Of a stretch of DNA of 64,000 bases, positions 24,597-38,249 are shown piece by piece (positions within the stretch are counted from its first letter, which is position 1; each line of letters opens with the position of its first letter). Origin of the DNA: Felis catus (lineage: Eukaryota); the NCBI RefSeq assembly GCF_018350175.1, contig NC_058368.1, positions 61,754,001-61,818,000 of the forward strand, given 5' to 3'. Both the position numbers and the translations under genes were made by a program. Under the pieces are notes generated by a model, which worked only from the letters and a program-made list of their open reading frames with translations, searched no databases and was not told the origin of the DNA.

Positions 24597-25496
24597 ATCT
24601 GTAATCAGAAATTAAGAAACTGTACAATTTTGGGGTTAGAGCATAACATTGCTTAAAAAGACTGAGTAACAAATGCAAAGAAAGACTTCCCTTGCCAATG
24701 ACTTGGTGTTATTAGTTTATCAAGATCAGATCTTCTGAACATGCATTCTAGACAGAAATCCATACAATGGGAAAAAGTGAAGTTTTAAATTCAGAAACAA
24801 GGGAGGAGACCAGTTACCAAACTTGGATCACAAGTTTGGAGCTGGACACACCACAGTAATGTCCTATTGGTCAACTACCTGAGGGATGAAACAGGCACAT
24901 TTTGCCCAGTTTTATGAGATAGTCCATGTAGTAAGAATTCACTTTCTAATACATTTGTGAAGCAATGCCTAACTAATCTCATTCTATGAGTATCATAACA
25001 CAGTGCAGCAAATTAAGTTATTTGAAATTTGATGGTAAAGAAACCTGCTTTGTTGAACCCAGTTTTCTCTGACTATATTTAGTTAAAGAATATTATTCGC
25101 AGCATGTCTGTTAATTTCCTGTGGAACCTGTAAGAAATGCCTTCCTAAAGTAGAGGGTGAGGCTGGGGCTATAAGCAGAGATAAATTGACTCAAATTGCT
25201 GAGATTAAACCATTTGGTCAGAAAACAAATCAAGTCAATAATATAATATGTTGGCATTGATCCATTGATACACACTTTCCAAATTTGATTCATAACCTTT
25301 GACCATGTCTATGAGAATGCAAATACCTCATTACTAGGAAGCTAATTTAAATAACCATACAATAGCCACAGTGTAGACAACTACAACAAAAATGATATTA
25401 CTGGATGAGTCATAGCATAATATTTTATAACATTTTTACAAAAAATGGACATTTTATGGGGCATTTCATATAATATTTAATTTCAAAGAACATAAT

Positions 25497-25625
25497 ATTG
25501 TTATCAGGGTTGTTGAATAGTGCCCCCCAGAATCCATATATACTCAGAACCTCATAATATAAACTATTTTGGAAATAGGTTTTCATAGCTATAATTAGTT
25601 AAGATGGAAACATGCCATGGTTGGA
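25497..25625 (+). mobile_element. MLT1 LTR 5' fragment
   Basis: gttgaatagtgcccccc...cagaacctc...ttttggaaatagg...taattagttaagatg. Confidence 0.7.
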
Positions 25626-26638
25626 AAAACATGTTTGTGTGTTTGCCTTGTCATCCAGTGTTACCCTTAAATATGTAAGGGTATATTTAAAGGGCATGAT
25701 AAATGCACAATTTTTTTATTTTTTGTTCTATTTGTTTTACAATCCATACATTTCTCTAGTGACCTATGAAGTATTAATTTCTCAAATAATACTAAGCATA
25801 CAATTTACATACAATGGCAAACTCTAGGAAACTTCTTTCAGATCCTGTTTTGAATTATATTTTGTAAATATAACAAATTAATTTTGGTGTTTGATGTGTA
25901 ATTTTCCAAGCACAGGGGTGGGGAGTGAAATTCAGTGTGTCGTTTGTTCACCCCTAGTTACAATTTAATTGATTTTCTGATTGATCCCAGACATCTACAC
26001 AAAGTTGTAGTGAAATTCACAAGAATTAACTTGTTTGGGTACCAAGTGTAATAAAATGTATGCTTCTTAAGGTGATCATTAAAAATGAAAACCATAGTTT
26101 GATACCTTGTTCCACATAATTGGATACACTACCGAAATACACAATTTTCTGTTGTCTGTTTTTTTCTTATAATTTCATTAAGATTTGATAATTATATGGA
26201 CATAATTTTAGAAATATATTCCTGGTTAAAGTTATTGTTTCCTTGGTTTTAAAATGTAGTAAAAACAGTACAAATTTTGAAAAAAAAATGTCTCTAGCTT
26301 GAAGTAGAACATTTGAGAGTCTTAATACATAGGATTACTTTTTTGGTTTTTGCCCCTCACTTTTTGTGACTTAAATATCATTTAAGTAGAACTAGTAAAT
26401 ATTTATCATATTTTCCATCACAGTTGTAATATATATTACTTCTACTTCCGTGTTCATAATTACCACCTATAGACTTATATGCAAATTGAATCTGAAATTC
26501 CAGAGCCATAAAATACTTATGGAAAATTTGATGTATTCTTTTGCTTTCTTAAACTTACTGTTGGTATTAATAAGCACAATTTAGACAATATGTTTTTCAC
26601 TGAGGAAACCTTAAAAAATGACAATATAGATGGGTTTT

Positions 26639-26845
26639 GGGGCATCTGGGTAGCTCAGTTGGTGGAACATCTGACTTCCGCTTAGGTCATGATCTCATGG
26701 TTCCTGAGTTTGAGCCCAGCACCTGGCTCTGTGCTGACAGCTCTTGAGACCAGAGCCTGCTTCAGATTCTGTGTCTCCCTCTCTCTGCCCCTCACCTGTT
26801 TCCTCTCGCTCGCTCTCAAAAATAAATAAAAATTAAAAAAAGAAG
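26639..26845 (+). mobile_element. CanSINE
   Basis: Full head, CT tract and tail. Degenerate TSD agatggg/agatgga. Confidence 0.94.
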
Positions 26846-26989
26846 AAGATGGATTTCAATAAGATCTGTTTTAATAGAAATAGTAATGAAAATAGGTTCA
26901 TGGTATGTGAAAGTACATCTGCTTGACAAAGATCAAAAAATTGACCAAAAAATGCATAAGGCATAATAGGATTAACATTAAACAAATTA

Positions 26990-27040
26990 GGGACGCCTGG
27001 GTGGCTCCATCGGTTGAGCGTCCAACTTCCGCTCAGGTCA
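26990..27040 (+). mobile_element. CanSINE head only (3'-truncated)
   Basis: gggacgcctgggtggctcc...gctcaggtca followed by abrupt loss of similarity. Confidence 0.85.
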
Positions 27041-27329
27041 CATAATTATCACATAATTCTATCCCATTGAAAAGTAAATTTTGTTAAACATGCCAAAAAC
27101 ATTTCACTTCATCAAGGCCGATTATGGATTTTTAAAAAATGGAAACTGCCAAACCTCTTTCCAAAGTTGGTTGTACCATTTTACATTTTTTATCTCTAGT
27201 GTAGGAGAGGAGAAGTTCCTCCATAGCCTTACCAGCAGTTGTTACTTTCAAGCTTTTAAATAGCTGTGTAGTAGTATCACATTTTTGCTTTTAATTTCCA
27301 TTTCCTCAATGATAATGGTTTTCAGCATT

Positions 27330-27835
27330 TTGTTGAAGTATAGTTGGAATTTAATAACATTAGTTTCAGAGTAATTTAATATTTTTATACATTATAAAAT
27401 GGTCAGCATGATGTCTAAATACCATTTGTCAGAATACAACCTTATTATTGACTATAACTTATTATTGACTGTATTCTCTATGCTGTACATTACACCCCCA
27501 TGACTTACATATTTTATAATTGGAAATTTTTACCTCTTAATCCCCTTTACCTATTTCACCCTGCCCCGCCCCCCCAATCTCTCCCCTGGTTGTAACCAAC
27601 AATCTCCTGTGTCTGAGTCTGTTCCTGTGTTGTTTGTTTGTTGTTTTGTTTTGTTTTCCAGATTCCACATAAAAGTAAAATTATATGGTATTTGTCTTTC
27701 TCTGAATTATTTTACTTAGCATAATACACTGTAGGGACAGCCTTGTCACAAATGGCAAGATCTCACTCTTTTTTAAGGCTTAGTAATATTCCATTGTATA
27801 AATATACCACATCTTTTTTATCCATTCTTTTATCA
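27330..27835 (-). mobile_element. L1_Carn/L1MA9-like 3' end nested in the older L1
   Basis: ttgaagtatagttg...attccacataaaagt...ggtatttgtctttctctg...taatattccattgtat. Confidence 0.85.
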
Positions 27836-27879
27836 GCAGAACCTTCTCTTGTGCTTTTTTTGGCATCATATCATTTTCT

Positions 27880-28015
27880 TTTTATTTTTAGAGACATTTC
27901 AGGTTCCTAAAATAATTGAGAGGAAAGTGAAGATATTTCCCATATGCCATCTGCCTTCACACCTGCAAAGCCTCTCCCCTTCTGAACATGACCCACCAGA
28001 GTGATCACATATTCT
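27880..28015 (-). mobile_element. L1MC1-like 3' end fragment
   Basis: atttcccatat...cacacctgcaaagcctctcccc...cccaccagagtg. Confidence 0.65.
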
Positions 28016-28605
28016 ATATTGAAGTATCTGTTCAAATACTGTGCATTTTCTATTGAGAAATATTCTTTTATTGAGTTTTAGGGATTTTTTTATGTTATGG
28101 ATAAAGGTCTTAATCTGAAAAATGGTTTGCAGATGTTTTCCTCATCTGTCTTTTGTTTTTGTTCGTTTAATATTATCTTTAGAAGAGCAAAAGTTTTAAT
28201 TTTGATGATGTCAAATTTATCACTTGGTTCTTTTATACTGTGTTTTACCTTTATATTTAATATATCTTCCTAATGGCAAGGTAAAATGTTTTGGTCCAGT
28301 CAGTTTTCTTCCCTGAATTTAATAATTACAGGTTTTATGGTTAGATTTTGTATCCATTTGAGTTGCTTTCTTTTTTTTTTTAACATAGTGCAAGGCATAG
28401 AGAAAATATTTTTTTTAAATATATGGGATATATAATTTGTCCAGAGCCATTTGTTAAAAATACTGTCTTCTCTGCATGAAAACTGGCTTTGTACTTTTGT
28501 GAAAAATTAGTTGTTAAAAATCAGGGGGTCTTTTTACTTATTTCTAGACTATTTATTTATGTTTACACCAACACTACACTTACTTAACTTACCTTTATAA
28601 AGTTC

Positions 28606-29172
28606 CTACTCCTTGATCCATCCATTCCACTCCTAGGAATTTATACAAAAGAAATGGAAACATATGTCCATTAAAATATTTGCACATTAATACTATTTGG
28701 AGCTTTATTTGAATAGTCTACAACTACAAAGCCCATCAACAGTTGGATAGATAATTGTATATCCATGCAATGGAATGATGTTTCAATGAATAAAAAAAAC
28801 GAAGTATTAATATAAGTTACAAAATGGAAGGCTCAAATAATTATGCTGAATTAAAGAAGCCAGACAAAATTGAGCACATTCTATTTGGCTCCACTTATAT
28901 AACATTCTAGAAAATACACATTGATGGATAGTGACAGAAAGCAAATTGTTGGCTCCCTGGAGATGGAGAGGAGGGAGTCTAATGGGCATGGTGGGAAGAA
29001 TTACAAAGGGTTACAAAGAATCTTTTGAGGTTGATAGATGCATTCTATTTTCTTTATTGTGGTGATGGTTTCACTCATGTACCTGTGATACATATGTCAA
29101 AATACATAAAATTTGCACTTGAGTAAGTACAGTTTATTGTATGTGGTTTATATCTCAATAAAGCTTTAAAAA
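28606..29172 (+). mobile_element. L1MB/ME-like 3' end
   Basis: attccactcctaggaattta...attgtggtgatggtttcac...tatctcaataaagc. Confidence 0.88.
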
Positions 29173-29360
29173 ATATAGATGAAGAAAGACTATCTGTATA
29201 CTTTCTCTAATTGTTCTCACCAATGATGATTTATTCACTTACCACAAATAAGCTGAGATCTCAATTTTAGTCTTCAGCTCACAATTCATCTTGTAGTTAC
29301 ACACCCATATATGTAATGATTTACTGTACCCCTGCTAGTATTCCATAACACTGAATTCTT

Positions 29361-29575
29361 TTTAAATTTTTTTAATGTTTATTTATTTTTGAGAGAGACA
29401 GAGACAGAATGTGAGTGGGTTAGGGACAGAGAGAGAGGGAGACACAGAATCTGAGGCAGGTTCCAGGCTCTGAGCTGTCAGCACGGAGCCCTATGTGGGG
29501 TTCGAACTCACAGCTGTGAGATCATGACCTGAGCAGAAGTCGGACACTGAACCAACTAAGCCACCCAGGTGCCCC
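29361..29575 (-). mobile_element. CanSINE
   Basis: Perfect 19-bp TSD tccataacactgaattctt. Confidence 0.97.
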
Positions 29576-30034
29576 TCCATAACACTGAATTCTTAAACTA
29601 AACACTTTTTCCCTTAGGAGCTCAATCTGTCTCAGACAATGTTAATATCAAGAATCAAATCACTAGAAAAGAATTTTAAGGGGAATGTCAAATCTTTCCT
29701 CTTCCATGTACAAGGTTACCCAGTATCTTAGCTTTTGCATAGAAAACGTTCAGGATCTTGCTCCTATCTCCTGCAATTACCTCTTCTTCCATTAATTTTA
29801 TTTTCAAAATGTAGGTGATGGCTTCCTTTCTGAACTTACTTACTAGGCTTTTTTATGTTCAGTATGTATTGTTTAATTTGCCTATACATCTGTCCCTTTT
29901 ATTTATAAGTCTTAATCCAATGCTATCATCTTTATGAAGTGTTTTGTTTTGTTTTGTTTTTGTGTTTTTTAACCCCCTCACTAACATAGGAATTCTTTTT
30001 CCTGTGGGCTCACTATATTAAATAAACATCTTCA

Positions 30035-30248
30035 GGGTCATGCCCGGGTGGCTTAGTCAATTAAGCATCCAACTTCCGTTCAGGTCATGATCTCATGATG
30101 CATGAGTTAGGGCCCCACATTAGGCTGTATACTGACACTGCAGGGCCTGAAGTCTGCTTCAGATTCTGTGTCTCCCTCTCTCTTTGCCCCTCCCCAGCTA
30201 ACACTCTTTCTCTGAAAAATAAATAAACATTAAAAAAATTAAAAAAAA
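30035..30248 (+). mobile_element. CanSINE
   Basis: TSD aaacatcttca, CT tract and A tail. Confidence 0.93.
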
Positions 30249-31104
30249 AAACATCTTCATTGCATTAACTACATTATTTTATTACATTTGTTTTAAGCCA
30301 AACACTAAACTTTTCTTGAGAGCAGAATGAGAGAGATACATTTTAATTTTTACATTCTTAGGGTGAACACAGTCCCTGGCACATGCTTAGTATGTAATGA
30401 ATTGTGTGATGTGAATAAATGAACAAGATAATTGACCATCAGATACAGTGCTCTTAATTTTCCCAGAGAGGGTTTGTCTCACTTGAATATTTTTTTCTCT
30501 TCTGTGAACATCAAAATATAGGTTTCAGAAAGCAGATGGCACATCTATTTATTTGGCAGGATGTACCAATCTTGTTTGGTATCACATTTCATAGAGTGTT
30601 CTCCATAAAATAGTTGTGTAATAAATATTTATTGGCCTAATGGATTATTAGTGAAGAGGTACATGGGTCAATATAGTATATCTAGGGTGATTTTTGATTT
30701 GGTGGATGATCTGACTAACTAAGGGAGAGCAGAAGGAGATTTATGGATTTGGACACAGCTTAGGAGAGAAATTTTTGCCCCTCACATTTCATAGACAGGA
30801 AACACTGTCCATGCAAATTCTGCTAATTTACATAACCACCTGTGAATGAAGTTAACTACGTATAACTAACATTTGAATTAACTTAGTTGGAAAGATGTTC
30901 AGTAGATAAAATTGTGAAAGTCATGGACCGTATCCACTTTTGGGGATGTTGCTACTATGTTAATTGTTCTGTACATTTTTTATATAATTCCTTGTTTATT
31001 TAGGTCCCCCAAGAAATGTTAACACTTCCTGTTTCCAAGTTGCATATTAGAGGTTGGTAAATGAACAAATCACAAAAGGAATTTTAACTCACCTATTAAA
31101 TGTG

Positions 31105-31212
31105 TTTCTCTCCACCTCTTCCTCCTCCTTTTCTTCCTCTTCTTCCTTTTCCTCCTCCTTCTCCTTTTTGGTCTCTTCCTTTTCCTTATTGCTCCTTCTC
31201 CTCCTTCTCATT
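31105..31212. repeat. Pyrimidine-rich (CCT/CTT) low-complexity tract
   Basis: Degenerate TCC/TTC repeats. Confidence 0.9.
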
Positions 31213-33770
31213 TTTGTTAATATTATTTTTATCAATTCATTACCTTAAAGGTCATAGTCTATCACGTTTCCTTCTATCCATCCATTCTTTTGTATTAAAA
31301 ACCTAAAGATGATTTAATGGTGTTTTGAACTGTATTTCACCATTCATACTTTAGAACTCTAACTTTGAAATTTTATGATATGCTCATAGTTTTTCATATT
31401 CTTAGCCAGAAAATATCATTAGCTGTGATTCACAAAAACAGATTCTCAGAATATAATTTTCTAACATAAATTAAACTAAAATTTAAGACATATTTTAACT
31501 AAAACATTTAATTAAGATATTTCTAAATAATTATATTAAGCAATATGCTACTTTCAATTTAAATGGCAAGATAGAATGTCACACATACATACTTAAATCA
31601 AACACACTCATGTATACATATTCATATAATTCATAGACAAGGCACTAGTTATTATAAAATAATTGTTTCTATAGAATTTCTCCATGGCTTTAAGATTCTT
31701 GGAGCATTGCATTATGTGAGTTCAGGTACATATGCACTAAAGACACCACTCAGCTAGATAACATTTGAAGAATTAACAGAACAAAAATACACTTCCTATG
31801 AATATTGAATCATTTAGAATATGGAAACTTGCAATTATAACTTGATATTTAAGAATGATAAGACCTTTACAGTCAATATGATATTCTGAGAAATTTTTGT
31901 TGTTATCAGGTCAATATACTTCATTGAGCACAGAAATATTTTAAAAGGAAGAAATTTAGTGTAAAAAATAACTGGAATCCAGTGAGGTGTAGAGTACTTT
32001 TCACCAAGCGGTCCATCTACAGCCCAACATATAGGTCATATGTTGAAGTCAAGCATGGCCCCCTTGAAGTTATGCATGGCCAAGTGACTAATTTTGAACA
32101 ATGGGCTGTTCTTCTATGTCTACTCATGCTGTGATAATTGGCAACATTCTGGAAAGGGGATAGCGATTCAGCTAAGGAACATTGCAGAGCACCTTTGTTC
32201 CTCTGCACCAAGGTGCATGTTTTGTCCTGTGAGAGACATAAAATATTTATTGTGCTAGGGTGCTTCTTTCTCAGTGCTGTTTTTGGTGTTATTATAACCT
32301 GAATAATACAATCAGGAAGACAAGGATTGTGCTTCATATTGTCCCTTTGATATCTTGAAGCAGTAGATGAAACCACCTGCCTGAGACAAATAACTTTTGT
32401 GGGGTTTGTTTTATGTTTTCCTTTTGTTGTGATTTGATGGGGGAGTTTTAGAATGAAAATGAAGCAAGTATCCTTATGTACACCTGCACCCAGATTGTGA
32501 ACTCAGGTATGTGGACAGGTGCTTTCTTTGAATCAAAACATAGAGGAATAAAATCCATTGTCATAAGTTATCAAGCAATTGTTCCCCTTGTCACCTTCTT
32601 ATTAAATGTATTTGTTACTGAAGATGTGGGAAAGGGAGTAGTGGAATAGGCTGTAACAGATTACAAATCATTTTAGCCCCCTTTTAATCTTATTACATGT
32701 TTGCTAATCTAGAAAAATGCAACTAGTAGGTTGTCATTTACCTGGGGATGTTGAAATAATACAGTAACAAATTAGTAGCCTGAAGACCAAATCGATTTCA
32801 CATATGAGTTTGGTTTTACTTGGATAGTTGTAAGCCAAGCAATATTTTTAAGTAAACAGATAAAATATTGTCCCACATTTTATCAACGTGAATACCCATT
32901 TTTCTGCTAAGAAAGCATTTAAGTGTAAAGTACCTGCACCCATTTCAAAGGGTATGAACTCTTCATTACAATGGTCTTTACAAATTACCTTTTCATTCTT
33001 ATACCCAGTGGGCTTTATGTATCTTTTCTCCTGGGCAAGTGAAGATTTTTATGTCCTGATACAGAAAATAATGTAAGTAATAGTGTACATCATTCATTGT
33101 GGCAATTAGTAATAACAGCACAATTCATTACTTAATATTGGATCCCCTAAGTCCAATGAACTGTGTTAGATACTCCAGATATGGTTCAAACTTATAACTT
33201 ATTTTGAGATTACACCTTTCTGTTAAACCGGCTTAACAATATAAAGGAGGTGGGAGAGATGAGAAGACTGAACATTTTCATTAAAAAATGAGAACCAAAG
33301 ACTCAGAGATCTGTTTCAGACCATAAATCCAGATAATTAAGCCCTTGGCTGGATGAATGTTTAATAACTTAATCCCGTGTCTGTGCATATTTAGGTATAT
33401 TTTTCTGATGACTTTTAAGTCCATCAAACAGTGCCTTAAGTCTTCAACTTTTATAGTTTTAACAATAAAAGCAGTAGAAATATAAATAAAGGTGTTTCTT
33501 ATACTCTAGGAATAGACTAAAATTCCTCTATTCATGATAAATAGGAATGGAAATGTTAATAGCTGGTCTTTGTTCACTGCCTCAATCAATATCTTCATTC
33601 AGTCAAATATCTCTCATGTGCCTATTCTGTGAAGGCACTATGCTAGGGATATAGGTACATCAGTGATCAAAACAGAAAATACTACATATACGTCATTGAC
33701 TCATGCATATTCTGCTGTGCAAGGAGAAAATAAAGAATATATATAATGAATAAATAATATAGTACATTTA

Positions 33771-33976
33771 AATGTTTTTAATGTTTATTTATTTTTGAGA
33801 GAGACAGAGTATGAGTGGGGGAGGAGCAGAGAGAGAGGGAGAAACAGAATCTGAAGCAGGCTCCAATCTCTGAGCTATCAGCACCCAACCTGATGTGGCG
33901 CTTGGAGTGGTGAACCATGAGATCATGACCTGAGCTGAAGTCAGATGCTTAGCCAACTGAGCCACCCAGGCACCCC
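33771..33976 (-). mobile_element. CanSINE
   Basis: TSD aatatagtacattta/aatatagtatgttta. Confidence 0.94.
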
Positions 33977-34347
33977 AAAAATATAGTATGTTTAAAATAA
34001 TAAATATTTTGGAAAACTTGAGGGTTAATTACATCACGAATGCTGGGATGGGGAGATAAGATGAGAAGCTGGTTGTCATTTCATTTTAAATAAGATAGAA
34101 AAGACAGATTTCATTAAAAGATCACATTTAAGCAAGGATTTGAAGGAAGCCAGAATGTTAGCCAGGTGAATATCCAGAAGAAGCTTCTTGACAAAGGGAA
34201 CAGCCCAAGCAAAGGGCCTCAGAAAGGACTACTCTTGAATTCTTCCAAGTTTATTAAGGTGGCCAAGGTGGTTGAAGTAATCAGGAGGAAAGTAGTAGGA
34301 GGTGAAGTTTGAGAGGTAACAGGAAGCCAATCAAGTAGGATCTGTAG

Positions 34348-34537
34348 GGGGGCTTGCCTCAGTGACTCAGTTGTCTGACTCTTGATTTCCATCTCATGGT
34401 AGAGAGCTTGAGCTCTGCATTAGGCTCCACGCTGGACATGGAGCCTACTTAAGATTCTGTCTCCCCCTCTCCCTCTGTCTCTCCCCTGCATGTTCTCTCT
34501 CTTGTGCCCTCTCCCCTCTCTCTCTCTCTCAAAAAAA
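34348..34537 (+). mobile_element. CanSINE, older subfamily
   Basis: TSD aagtaggatctgtag/aagtaggatctatag and CT tract. Confidence 0.9.
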
Positions 34538-35218
34538 AAGTAGGATCTATAGTCGATTACAGTGACTTTGGCTGCTTCTCGGTGTAAGATAGGAAATGAC
34601 TGGGGATGTTAGGCAGATCTATCAACTGGCTCACAATTTCAAAGTTTCACTCTAGAAACTAAGGGAAGAAGAAGGATGGTCCTGTGATAATCAAGGAAAG
34701 CTTTCTGTTGTCTTAGACCAAGACAATCAGAATGATGAGCAGTTAGAGTTTAGATTAGAGGCTAGGTATATTTGCATGGTAGTGCCAATAACATTTGCAG
34801 TTATGTTACTCATGTTTCTGAAAAAGAGAAAAATCGAATGACTCCAAAGTTTTGTACTTAAACAAGAATGAGAATGGAATTGCCACCAAGTGAAAGGGAA
34901 AACTTCAGATGAAGGAGGATGAAGATCGTTGAAGGAAGAAAGATCTGGAGTTGGGTTGTGGATGTTGATGGATATCTGTGATATGAATTGGTTCAATGGT
35001 TTTGCAACTCAAAACAGCAGTCTGGTCTGGAAGAAAAGTTTAAAATTATCAGCACATAGATAGTATTTAAACACAAAATTTTATGAACACATAAAAGGAA
35101 ATTGTTTAGCCAGGCAAGAGAAGAGGATCAAAAATGGAAAACTGGAATAGCCCAACATTATTTCTCATCTGAGAAATTCACAAAGTTATTAAGAAGGCAT
35201 GATTTTCAAGGTGGGCAT

Positions 35219-35647
35219 TGCATTAGTTTTCTGTTGCTGCCAAAACAAATTGCCATAAATTTGAAGGTATAAAACAATAGAAATGTATTCTTTCAGTTGG
35301 GGAGATCAGAGGTTCGACACCAAGTTTCGTTGGGCCACATTTCTTTGGAGGCTCTAGGGGGGATCTTTCCTTCCTCTGACAGCTTCCACTATGGTTTGTC
35401 ACTTTCCTTGTGTCCACGCCACTCAAATCACTGCTTCCATCCCCATGTCACCTTGTCTACATGTACCAAATAGCCCTTTGCTTCCCTTTAATAAGGCTAT
35501 CCATGGTTGAATTTAGGACCCACCTGGAAAATCCAGAATAATAATGACCTGATCACCTCCACAAAGACTTTTTGTTTCCCTACACGTTAGCATTAATAGG
35601 CTTCAGGGATTAAGAATTGCTGTTTTGGGGTAGCTGTTATCCAACAT
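35219..35647 (-). mobile_element. MaLR LTR, MLT1C-like
   Basis: tgcattagttttctgttgctg...tggaggctctagggg...atttaggacccacctgg. Confidence 0.88.
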
Positions 35648-36004
35648 AAAAATACAAGTATGCTGTATCGATTAGAGTAAAAAACTAAAACCAGAAAATC
35701 GCCCATAAATTAAGCAGTACAGAGATTATATGTGTTCTTGAGAAGAGCAGGTAAAGTGTAGTAATGTGGGCAAAGTCTTGAAGGAGGTGGAATTAAGAGA
35801 GAAAAGGAGATGAGGAACCAGACACAAACAGTATTTTCAAGGAATTCTGATGTAAAAAAGAATGAAACAATTGGACATAAGGTGGATGAACTTAGATCAA
35901 GATTTTCTTTTTGAGAATAAAAGAAACATGATGGAAGTAGAAAATGCAGTTAGATGATGTTTTAACAAGGGGTGCGAATATCAGTGTTGATGTTGTTTAC
36001 TAGG

Positions 36005-36450
36005 TTTTATGGTTTGGAATCCCCCAGAAAAACACCTTAAAACAAGAATGAGTTCAAGTAGTGTAGTTTGAGTAATGGAGGAGAGACATGGAAGGGAAGG
36101 AAGCCAGGGTGTGTTATGAGAAAATTACTACTGTAGGGGATTGGTGCTCAGTACTACTGAGACCTTTGGGATACTGTGTGGAGCACAACTCAGGGTTTTA
36201 TCTCTCAAGGAGCAAGAGAGTTAACGTACTTTACTCACCAATTCCTATCTGTTATTGGGTGAGGGCTGCTCCTAGGAGCCTTAACTCCAGAGCACTTCTG
36301 ACCTGGCCTGTGCTTGGTCTAAGCATATCTCTACAGATGAAGTCCTCATTGAGAGTGTCACAGGTGTTGGGAATGGGAATTTTTCACTGTAGGGGAACAA
36401 AACTGAGGATCAGAGGATGACGGACAATGTATCAATAGGAAATGCTATAG
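36005..36450 (-). mobile_element. ERVL LTR, LTR16 family-like
   Basis: ggaagggaaggaagcca...ttactactgtagggg...gttattgggtgagggctgctcct. Confidence 0.75.
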
Positions 36451-37512
36451 AAGGGAAAGAGGAGATCAAATCTCAAGGAGCAATGTAGTTCATTTGCATA
36501 TTTTTTAAAGAGCTTTCACATCACCTACTGAGTCTACTCTATGTGAGTCTATATCTATATACTTAGATTAAGTGCAAAAGAGAACTTAAATTACTACACT
36601 GAAGCCTAGAACATATCCTTACAATCCCAACATCTATCACCTTTCGAATAAATGTTAATGATGACAGTTACAAAAATTGTTCCAAAGCGTAACACACTTT
36701 ACATGGTGGAAGAGACTACTTCATGACTTATATTTCTATAAATATGGTAACTAGAACTTCGCTTCATTTAAGCAGCAAAAATATTTTTTTCAGCGTGTGC
36801 CAAAGAAGCATTGTAACCCTAGAGACATAGTTCTTAATTTTTTAATATTTGCCTTGATGATTTAACCTTTGCTAGAAAAGAAATGTTTAGTTTATATTCA
36901 AGTTATTTGAACTAACAACAGCATTATCTCCCTTAGATGAATTTAGCATATAATGAGCACAGGAAGATGGACAGATTTTTATTACCATCTGTCTTTGGGA
37001 ATTACAATGAAATTAAATATTGTTTGTTTTCTCCAATAAATTTACTAAAAAAGAATGTCAAGAATTATCTATGGCAAAATGAAATGTGTGTATTAGCTGC
37101 ATTCCATTTCTGGTAGGTGTTTTTGTTTGTTTTACATGTGGACAATCTCCTTGAAATTGGTTGATTGTTCACAAAGAAATAAATACATTGTGGTTTTGGA
37201 AATCTATTGAAAGAAAAACGATTATATTCTTCTAGACTTTAATAGATTTAAAAATGGCAGACAGATTCTATTCACAATGCTAGGAGACTCAAACAATAAG
37301 TATATTCAATTTCTAAACTTTTCCTTTTATATTTTTTAGATAATATGTATCTTTGTGACATGAGAACATATTTTAAAACATTATAGTCAATATACCTAGT
37401 GAGAGAAGTTCCACGTCTTCTCCTGACATCCTTCCTCTTTGCCCTTTGGAATATAGTCCAATAATCACCAAAATCACAATACTATCTCTTAGCTTTAGCT
37501 TCTTGCTCTGAC

Positions 37513-37543
<31 letters not shown>

Positions 37544-37566
37544 TTTATTCCTGAGAACACCAGCGC

Positions 37567-38001
37567 TGTATTAGTTTCAGTAAAAAATTGCCACAAACTG
37601 AGTAGCTTAAGACAATAGATACTTATTCATAATTCTGGAGGTGAGAAGTCAGAAGTTGAGGTGTAGGCAGGGCCATGCTCCCTCTGAATGCTGTAGAGAG
37701 GAATCTTTCCTTGCCTCTTTTAAGCTTCTGATGGTTGGCAGCAAATGTGGCATCCTTTGGCTTGTGGATGCATCATTCCAGTCTCTGCCACTGTAATTGT
37801 GTGGACCTCTCCATATGTGTCTATATGCCTGTGTCTCATCTTATAAGGTCACCAGTCATACTGGCTTACAGCCTACCCTAGTGACTTTGCCTAAACACAA
37901 TTACATCTACAAGGACCCTATTTCCAAATTAGTTTACCTTGACTGGTACGGGGGTTAGGATTTCACCTATCATTTGGGTAGATACAATTCAACCCACAAC
38001 A
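37567..38001 (-). mobile_element. MaLR LTR, MLT1B-like, full length
   Basis: tgtattagtttc...gcagggccatgctccctctgaa...cttataagg...acaattcaacccacaaca. Confidence 0.92.
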
Positions 38002-38249
38002 GTCACTGACTATTTTTGTAAGTTTACTTCAATGAGGTCTAATGTAGATTAATAAAGCTTTTTGTCACAACTCCAATAACGCTGATTTGAGAAGTGCTCT
38101 CCTTCTGAAAGTCACTTTCAAAACATCCTGCATTCAACTTATACAAAAGCATGTGGCCTTGAATCTTACGTCTTCTGATTATGGAAACCATACCATCTCA
38201 ATCCTTAATGACTTTAACTCACTCTAATATATTTAACTCTATTTTTACC

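Larger units (their letters stand above)
27130..28600 (-). mobile_element. Old L1 ORF2 3' region (inverted segment) with nested younger L1 pieces
   Basis: aaactgccaaac...ccaaagttggttgtaccatttt and gagcaaaagttttaattttgatg. Confidence 0.8.
33595..35900 (-). mobile_element. L2 (L2a-like), fragmented by two CanSINEs and an MLT1
   Basis: Antisense 3' end ttcattcagtcaaatat...ggcactatgctaggg, with collinear purine-rich L2 pieces at about 34080-34340, 34540-35160 and 35650-35900. Confidence 0.75.

Noticed and set aside
37513..37541. A29 tract as a possible retrocopy tail
   Set aside because: No upstream poly(A) signal and no TSD, so it is treated as a mononucleotide repeat.
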